From: Mobula hypostoma
Taxonomy: Eukaryota
Direction: 5' to 3'
Assembly (NCBI RefSeq): GCF_963921235.1
Contig: NC_086097.1
Span: 180,360,001-180,424,000, forward strand
Length of the DNA: 64,000 nucleotides
Positions within the stretch are counted from its first letter, which is position 1; each line of letters opens with the position of its first letter. Of this stretch, positions 55,652-64,000 are shown piece by piece. The translations under genes and the position numbers were made by a program. The notes below the pieces were generated by a model. It saw nothing but the letters and a program-made list of their open reading frames with translations, did no database searches and had not been told where the DNA came from.

Positions 55652-57217
55652 CAGAAAAAGTTTGTGAATCCTTTGCAATTACCTGGTTTTCTGCGTTAAT
55701 TACTCATAAAATGTGGTCTGACCTTCATCTAAGTCACAATAATAGACAAACACAATCTCCCTAAGTTAATAATATACAAACAATTCTACTTATTCTTGTC
55801 ATTACTGAGTACGCCATTTAAACTATCACAGTCTAGGTTCAAAAAAAGTATGTGAACCTCTGGGGTAATGCCTTTTACAAAAGCTATTTGGAGTCAGGTG
55901 TTCCAACGAATGAATTGAGATTAGAGGTGTGGGTTATAGAGGTGCCCTGCCCTCTACAAAAGACACACAATGTCAGGTTACTGTCAGAGCCTGCACTTCT
56001 CAAAAAAGATCTCTTAATGTGCTTCAATCAAAACAACTTACAGAAGAATTGTAGAGATGCATGAAGCTAGAAAAGCTACAAAAGCATTTTTAAAGACCTG
56101 AGTGTTTATCAGTCCACAGTAAGAGAAATTGTTTACAAGTGGAGGAAATTCAGTACTGTAGGAGTAGGCATCCTGCAAAAATTGCACCAATGTACATGCT
56201 GAAGGACATGAGAAAGAACTCAAGGGTAACAGCAAAAGACCTGCAGAAATCTCTAGAACTTGCTAAAGGCTCTGTTCATGCATTGACTATAAGAAGAACA
56301 CTGAACAAGAATGGTGTTCGTGGAAGGACACCATGGAGGAAACCACTGCTCTCCAAAAAATAACATTACGGCACAACTCGAGTTTGCAAAGACCACCTGG
56401 ATGTTCCACAATACTTCTGGGACAATATTCTGTGGACAGATGAAACAAACGTTGAACTTGTTGGCAGAAATACACACTGCTATGTTTGAAGGGAAAAAGG
56501 CATTGCAAACTAACACCAAAACCTCATCCCAACTGTGAAGCATGATGGAAGGAGCATCATGGTTTGGGACTGCTTTGCTGCCTCCTGGCCTGCACAGTTT
56601 ACAATCATTGAGGGAACAATGAATTCAAAATTGTATCAAGACATTTTACAGGAGAATTTTAGGGTAGTGGTCCATCATCTGAAGCTTAATAGAAGTAGGC
56701 TGATGCAACAAGACAACAATCCGAAAGACAAATCAACAACAGAATGGTTTAAAAAGAAGAAAATTTGTTTTTGGAATGGCCAAGTCAAAGTCCTGACCTT
56801 GATCCCTTAAAATTGCTGTGGAAGGACCTGCAGCAAACAGTTCTTGCAAGGAAGCCCACCAATATCCCAGAGTTAAAGCAGTTTTGTAAGGAGGAATGGC
56901 CTAAAATTTCTCCAAGCTGATGTACAGGATTGATCAACAGTTACCAGAAATGTTTGGTTGAAGTTACTGGTGTACAAGGGGGTCACACCAGTTACAGAAA
57001 GCAAAGGTTCACATACTTTTTCCAACAGCTATATGTAATATTGGATCATTTTTCTCAATAAATAAATGAACAAGTATAATGTTTTTGTGTTATTTATTTA
57101 ACTGGGTTCTCTTTATCTAGTTTTAGAACTTATGTGAAGATCTAACCACATTTTAGGTCACAGTTATGCAGAAATAGAGAAAATTCTACAGGGTTCACAA
57201 ACTTTCTGGCACTACTG
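55652..57217 (+). mobile_element. Tc1 transposon (second family), decayed
   Basis: TA-flanked. Right TIR GGGTTCACAAACTTTCTGGCACTACTG; left TIR partly deleted (CAG..AAAGTTTGTGAATCC). Motifs TIRRTLNKNG..GR, ILWTDET, KHDGRSIMVW and MQQDNNPK. Confidence 0.9.
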
Positions 57218-57499
57218 TAAGTACTTGTATTGCTATGTCTCTCTGCAACACTCCTCAAAGCCCTGACATTTTCTTTGTAATTAATACCCTGGCTTAACTT
57301 TCCAAGATCAAAGATGCTGTACTTTCCTTAGTAAACTTCCATCTGCTATTCCTTGGTCGATTTTCTCAGTTTTTGACTAACCTAATGAAGCTGTTTTGGG
57401 GGATTTATTTTGAAGAGTAGATGAAGGCAGAACCAGTGATTTTGGATTTGCAGGATGCTTTTAATAAAATACCATATGGGAGAATGGTGAACAAAGTTC

Positions 57500-57800
57500 C
57501 TGTCACTGAACAAGACTGTAAACACTGGTCCATGACAGCATCCCATCAGTCCCATTCTGACTCATGCCCCAGCAACTTGTTCTTTCTCAAGCCCATCAAC
57601 TCCTCCTTGCTTCTAAACACACTAAGAGGCAATGTACAGCAGTCATTGAACCTATGTGCACATCTCAGATGTGGGATGAAGCCAAAGCACCTGACAGGAA
57701 CCCACAGACACAGGAAACCTGCAAACTCCACACAAGCAGCAGTGGAAGCTGAGATCAGACTGGGATCTCTGGACCTATGAGGCATCAGCACTGCATGTTA
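57500..57800 (-). mobile_element. V-SINE-like element
   Basis: Reverse complement of the V-domain-like GTGGAGTTTGCAGGTTTCCTGTGTCTGTGGGTTCC. Confidence 0.65.
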
Positions 57801-57894
57801 CATCACTAAGTCACCACTATACAATACATAGAATTGATGGTAATATAATACTGTAGTGTAGATTCAGTTGGTTAACACAGTAAGTGTAGGGGAA

Positions 57895-58990
57895 AAGTTC
57901 AGAATCAGGTTTATCATCACTGATATTCATTGTGAAATGTGGTGTTTAGCAGTAGCAGTACAGTGCAATACATAAAAGAATTACTATAAGTTACAGTAAG
58001 TATAAATTTAATGAATTAGCATGCAGTGTAAAAAGAGCAAAAAAGTGAGGTAGTTTTCATGGACTGAGAGGAAGAAGCTGTTCTCAAAACTTTGTATGTT
58101 CAGGTTTCTGTACCTCCTCTCTGACGGTAGCATAAAGAAGAGGTCATGTACTGGGGGGCGAGGGTCCTTAATGAGGCATTGCCTTTTAAAGATGTCCTCA
58201 GTGTTGGGGAGGCTAGCGTCCATGGTGGAGCTAGCTGAGTTTCCAACCCTCTGCAGCTTTTTCTGATCTTGTGCATTGGCCTCTCCATACCAGATAGCGA
58301 TGCCACCAGTCAGAATACTCTTCACGGTACACCTGTAGAAATTTACTAGTGTCATTGATGACATACCAAATCCTCTAAGACTACTAATGAAATACTGTCA
58401 CTGGTGTGCCTTCTTCGTAATTACATTAATTGTTGGTCCACAATCGATATTCAGAGAACTTGAAACTGTTCTTTCTTTCCTCTGCTAATCCATCAAAGAG
58501 GACTAGAGTGCATTCTCCACAATTCCCCTTCCTGAAGTCCATAATCAATTCCTTGGTCTAACTGATGTTGAGTGCAAGGTTGTTGTGATATCAGTCAATC
58601 AGATGATCTATTTTACTTCTGTACGTCTCCTTGTCACCTTCTGAAATACTTCCTACAACTGTTGTGGCGTCAGCAAATTTATAGATGGTGTTTGAGCTGT
58701 GCCTCGCCACACAATCATGGGCTTAGAAAGAGTAGAGCTGTGGGCTTGAGGTGTGCCATTGTTGATTGTCAGTGAAGACGAGATGTTATTTCCTACCCTC
58801 ACAGACTGTGCGGTCTCCCAGTAGGGAAGTCAAGGATCCAGTTGCAGAGGCCCAAGTTTTGGACCTTGTTGATTAGAACCGAGGGTATGATTGTGCTGAA
58901 TGCTGTTTACCTCCTCGTCACCATTTGAAATTCTGCCAGTTGTATCATTAGTGAATTTATAGATGGTGTTTGAATTATGCCTAACCACAG
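57895..58990 (-). mobile_element. Rex1/Babar-type LINE 3' part
   Basis: NFYRCTVKSILTG...DQKKLQRV...SFF; CTGATTCTGA tail. Confidence 0.8.
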
Positions 58991-60397
58991 TCTTTATTGG
59001 GTTACCAGGCTGTGACTGTTGTACTGCAGAGATTGGTATCTCAATTTGGCAGAAAGAAACAAACATATCATTTTTCATGTGTACATATGAGATAACCCTA
59101 AGTGGGAATGTGAGGGATGAGGATACAAAGAGGTTTTCTGGGAATGCAAACTAGTGGTAAATGAGTAACATAACAGTAGTATTGTGGACTATCAAGGAAA
59201 TAATGTCAAGTCTAACAGTGTTGAACATTTTTAAGTGTAGGACTGAGAAATGTTGCTCAAAGGGACCTGGGTAACCTTGTCTCGTCACCAAAAACTCGTC
59301 TGCATGTATAGTAGGCAAATGAGAAGTGCAATGTATGTGTTATCTTTAATCCAAAAAAGTTTTAAATGCAAGTTATCTTCTGACTATTTATATGAAGCCC
59401 TGGGGAGTTCTGTATGATTTCCCTCTTGCATGAGGATGTATCCGGTCTAGAGTGCAGCAACAATTGATTTGCGAGACTGGGGTCCTGGGATGGTTGATTT
59501 ATCAAACATGTAGGTATTTGATAACTTTAGTCTCCCCAGTTTGGAAGAACAATAAACTTATTGAGATGCAAAAGTACCTGCTGCCTTATCTGGGTAAATA
59601 GTGGGGAGGGTTTCCTTGTGGCTAAGGAGACTAGAGCCGTTTAATCCTATCATAAAGGTAGTATATTTAAGACTGAAATGAGAGAAATTCCTTTGTTCAA
59701 ATTAATCATTTGGAAATATTTCCAAGAGGCATGAGTCATATCTGATATTAATCAGTTGTTGGACTGCTGAATATAAAGATTGTAGGGATTTTCACTTTGA
59801 AGCTGAACTATGTTGAAATATCATGCAGGCTTGGGCTGTATGGTTCTTGACTTACAATATTTAATTTTATCCAGGTATTTTGACTGTTTTTCCCCAGAGT
59901 CAGTCTTGAGATATTACAAAACCCAACCCAGAATGAATGCTATCCATTGGGTCAGACCAAAGGCTTAGGAGCCAAGTGTTTAGGACTCTTGAGATATAGA
60001 TGGAACCTCTCATTATTCTGTCAATTTCAGTTTCCAGAGCCTGTCTGCAGCTTTGATTGGTCCAATTAAAGAGTTGCCCTTTCACCAGAGGCAATACTTG
60101 GTGGCTGGGTAGTGGACAGTACTGAATGGCTTGTATGCTTCATCACCTTACATCATGGATTTTGGGGGTTGGAGGAATGGGAGGGAGCAACTGGGAAGTT
60201 CAGGAATGTGCTGTTGTAGATTAGCAATGATTCTGAAGGACTGAATGGCCTTTTTCTATTTGCGCCATAACACCTACGAAATGTTACCATAAAAGGTCTG
60301 GGAGATGAGAAACAAACTAAGATCCTCTGGTCTTTATTAGGTCTTTTTTATCCTATATATTATAGGTTCATACTTCATCCATTGTTTTCAATTCTAG

Positions 60398-60990
60398 GAT
60401 ATGATGGTGGAAATGGGTCAGAAAGACACCTATGTTGGTGATGAAGCCCAAAGCAGGAGGGGCATCCTCACCCTGAAATACCAATTGAGTACGGGATTGT
60501 GATCAACTGGGATGATCTGGAGAAGATTTGGCACCACATCTTCTATGAGTTGTGAGTGGTCCCAGACAAGCAACCTGTCCTCCTCTCAAAGGCTCCCCTC
60601 AATCTCAAAGCCAACCTCGAGAAGATGACCAAATCATATTTGAGAACATTAACACTCCAGCAATTATGTTGCCATTCAAGCACGTACACCTCTGGCCGTA
60701 CCACTGGCATTGTGCTAGATTCTGGGGATGGTATGACTCACACTGTGCCAACCTACGAAGGCTATACCCTGCCACACGCCATCCTGCATCTGGACCTGGC
60801 TGACCAGAATTCCAATGATTGAGTACGGGTACTCCTTCACAACCACAGCTGAGAGGGAGATTGTCCTTGACATCAAGGAAAGCCTCACTTATGTTGCCCT
60901 AGATTTTGAATCTGAGATGCAAACAGCCATCTCATCCTTATCCTTGGAGAAAAGCTATGAGCTTCCTGATGGCCAAGTTATCAGCATTGA
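60398..60990 (+). pseudogene. Actin pseudogene copy C, large exon (truncated near residue 250)
   Basis: Acceptor [38 protein letters not shown]. Frameshift at ~60481, TGA at 60553-60555 and several deletions. It retains [12 protein letters not shown] and [12 protein letters not shown]. Confidence 0.95.
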
Positions 60991-61155
60991 CAGATGGTTG
61001 AATATTCGGTGTGCATCTTATTTTTATTGCAGATGGTGGCATTATTGTTCCAGGTAGCAGCAGCCCAGAAGAGAGCTTACCCAGTCAAGACAGATGACAA
61101 AGAAAAACTTGACTTGGTTCATAAAGTACAGAGAAGGCTGGAGCTCAAAACATAG

Positions 61156-61388
61156 GACACACTGGGATAGGAAACACACACACAAAATGCTGGAGGAACT
61201 CAGCAGGCCAGGCAGCATCTATGGAAAAAAAAGTAGTCGACGTTTTGGGCCAAGACCCTTTGGTAGGACTGGGGGCTAGTTCTGACGAAGGGTCTCGGCC
61301 CGAAACATCGACTGTACTCTTCCATTGATGCTGCATGGCCTGCTGAGTTCCTCCAGCATTTTGTGTGTGTTTCCTGTCCCACTGTGTC
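61156..61388. mobile_element. Penelope-type fold-back element (two inverted terminal repeats)
   Basis: Imperfect inverted arms of ~115 bp: ACACACAAAATGCTGGAGGAACTCAGCAGGCCA... and its reverse complement. Confidence 0.85.
61278..61313 (+). ncRNA. Minimal type-I hammerhead ribozyme motif (one helix-III mismatch)
   Basis: AGTT-CTGACGA-A-GGGT(CTCG)GCCC-GAAAC-ATC-GACT. The CUGANGA and GAAA core boxes and helices I and II are present. The opposite arm preserves AAACGTCGACT. Confidence 0.65.
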
Positions 61389-62189
61389 TTACACTTTGAG
61401 CATCTCCATAGCAATATAGCCCATCTCCAGCATCTCTTATAGCTGGCTGTCCAGGAACAAATTTGCGGCAAGCAAGAGATGTGCACACCAGGCAGTGAAT
61501 TTTTGGTGCCAGAGACAAAGTCTACACATGCATCTCACAGGAAGAAAACGGGCTACCAGTTGTCATCTAGCATTGTCAGTCAAGTAGCAGGACTTGAGCT
61601 GACAGATGGACGAATTGTTAAGTGACAATTGGATCATATATACCAATGAACTGACAGGGGACCCAGGGAAGCATCCTCTGCTGATGAAGCTAGTCTCCCA
61701 ACAGAAGAACCAATGGAGGCTTCATCAAAAGAAGAAGAGATTCACAGTCCACTGCCCTTGACATTCATCAGCTAACCAGGGAGGCACAGAGCGGGAAGCG
61801 AACCCCTGCGGCAGTCCATAAGCATGTGCCAGCCAGTTGACTGCAACCAAGCGGGGTAGACATTTCATTATATTCCTCAGTTTACCTAATTTATTCCCAT
61901 CCTCTGCAGTTCCCATCTACGTAGGGTGAGGGATGTACCATATCAGATTGATCGTGAGAATGTAGCAAGTTCACAAGCGGACAATCAATTGTGCAGTGAA
62001 TCGACTGAGCTTCTGGGTGCAGCGAGCACTCTCTTTTGGGCTCAGGCTTTCTACTGCACATGCTTTTCATCTCGACGGGCTTGGTTCGTAGCTTCCATAC
62101 TGTAAGGTGCCCAGTGTGTACTATTATTAACATGACTCAGTAAAAACATTTAATCATGCTACTCCTTTATAGTTCTTGTTCTGTGCCTA

Positions 62190-62826
62190 CGTAACAGTCT
62201 TCAGGAAGGAGAAGTCAGAAGAACACATGCCAGTTGTCATTGAGAGGTCAACAGTGGAAAGGGTGCATGGCTTCCAGTGCCCAGGCATCAGCATCTCAGA
62301 GGATGTATCCTGGGCCCAGCACATTGATACAATCATGAAGAAGACACACCAATTTCATCAAGAGTTTGAGAAGACTTGGTAAGTCACCAAAGACTAGCAA
62401 ATTTCTATAGATTTACAGTGGAGAGCATTCTGACAAGTTATATCACAGCTTGGTATGCACAGGATTGGAAAACCTATAAAAATGTTATAGACTCAGCCAG
62501 TTCTATCAAGGGCACAAACCTCCCAACCACCGAGGACATCTCCAACCGGCGGTGCCTCCAGAAGGCAGCATCTTTCATTAACGACCCTCACTATCTGGGA
62601 TATGGAGGTAGCTTGAATACCCATACTCAACATTTTAGGAACAGCTTCTTCCTCTCCACCATCAGATTTTTAAATGGTCCATGAACACTACTTCACTATT
62701 CCTCTTTCAGATTATTTATTTATTTATTTTGTAACTTATAGTATTTTTTATCTCTTCCACTGTACTATTGCCACAAAACAACAAATTGCACAACATTCAG
62801 TATGTCAGTATCAATAAACCTGATTC
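62190..62826 (+). mobile_element. Rex1/Babar-type LINE 3' fragment (another starts at ~63820)
   Basis: NFYRFTVESILTSYITAWY...FRNSFFLSTIRFLN. Confidence 0.8.
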
Positions 62827-63237
62827 AGAGCTGGGGAATCAAGAACTAATGGGCATACAATTAAGGTGACTGGAGGAAAGTATGGAGGGATATCAGAGGT
62901 AGATATTTTGTACTGGGAGTGTTAAGTGCAATCAAGGACATTTAATATACGCTTAAATAGGCACATGGATAGAAGTAAAATTGAGGGCTCTGTGGGAGAG
63001 AAGTGTTAGATTAATTTTGGAGTTGTTTAAAAGGTTAACAATATCATAGGCTGAGGCCCTTGCTGAGCTATACTGTTCAATATTCAAAGTCACTGCAGAT
63101 CTGCCACTTAACTCCATCCACTTGACTCATCCCTCTCCCTCAATACTCAAAACAAGAAAATACCAAACTCATATACAAAGTTGAGAGTCAGCTGGTTTAA
63201 ATTCCTGGACTTATTGGATGACTTATTCTGGCTGCGT

Positions 63238-63274
<37 letters not shown>

Positions 63275-63279
<5 letters not shown>

Positions 63280-63804
63280 AGTGGTCACTTTATTAGGTAC
63301 ACCTGCTCATTAATACAAATAGCTACAGTAATCAGCCAATCATGTGGAAGCAATCCAATGCATAAAAGCACGCAGACATGGTCAAGAGGTTCAGTTGTTG
63401 TTCAGACCAAACATCAGAATGGGGAATAAATGTGATCTACGTGACTCTGACCTTAGAATGGTTGTTGGTGCCAGATGGAGTGATCTGAATATTTCATAAA
63501 CTGCTGACCTCCTGGGATTTTCGCTGAAGTTTACAGAGAATGGTGTGAGAAACAAAAAACATCCATTGAGCAGCACTTCTGTGGGGATAATCACCTTGTT
63601 AACAAGAGACATCAGAGGAGAATGGCAAGACTGGTTCAAGCTGACAGGAAGGTGAGAATAACTCAAATAACCACATGTTACAACAGTGGTGTGCAGAAAA
63701 GCAGCTCTGAATGCACAACACATTAAACCTTAAAGTGGATGGGCTAGAGCAGCAGAAGACCACATTGGGTTCCATTCCCGTCCAGATAAAGTGGCCATGG
63801 AGTG
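63275..63804 (+). mobile_element. Internally deleted Tc1-type element (~530 bp)
   Basis: TIRs CACTCAGTGGTCACTTTATT / ATAAAGTGGCCATGGAGTG|TA. Only a transposase N-terminal remnant is left (RGEWQDW / RKVRITQITTCYN). Confidence 0.75.
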
Positions 63805-64000
63805 TAGATGCTCGTACAAGGAAAGCAATCCAGCATCTTTACTTTCAAAGCAGGTTAAGAACGTTTGGCTTGTCACCAAACACTCCAACAAACTTCTACA
63901 GATGTACTGTTGAAAGTATCCTGATTGGTTTTATCATGATTTGGTACGGCAATTCAAATATGCAGGTACTTAAGAAGCTGTAAAGTAGTGGACTCTGTCC

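Overview
This is repeat-dense eukaryotic DNA. The repeat content (CR1 LINEs with esterase ORF1, Rex1/Babar, RTE, V-SINE/HE1-like SINEs, Penelope-like pieces, Tc1) suggests a cartilaginous fish, probably a ray or skate; that is an inference. The only intact host gene is a + strand actin: a putative non-coding exon at ~29440-29489, then coding exons 29705-29830 and 39527-40531, giving 376 aa starting [10 protein letters not shown]. It is unusual in two ways. It has a single coding intron (the codon-41/42 position), and it differs from vertebrate beta-actin at 13 positions, several of which I recall as typical of invertebrate or protist actins. It sits in a decayed head-to-tail array of three copies: a small remnant at 13235 whose 3' flank lies 11 kb away behind a nested LINE stack, and a pseudogene at 48.1-61.0 kb that kept its promoter and intron. 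A beta-actin-promoter-like CCAAT/CArG module lies inside the large intron. Among the mobile elements are an RTE LINE with a clear twin-priming inversion, Penelope-type fold-backs carrying minimal hammerhead-ribozyme motifs, a decayed Gypsy element and three Tc1 elements. A CpG-island promoter of an unidentified gene is at the window start. TE boundaries were read by eye and are approximate unless TIRs or TSDs are given.
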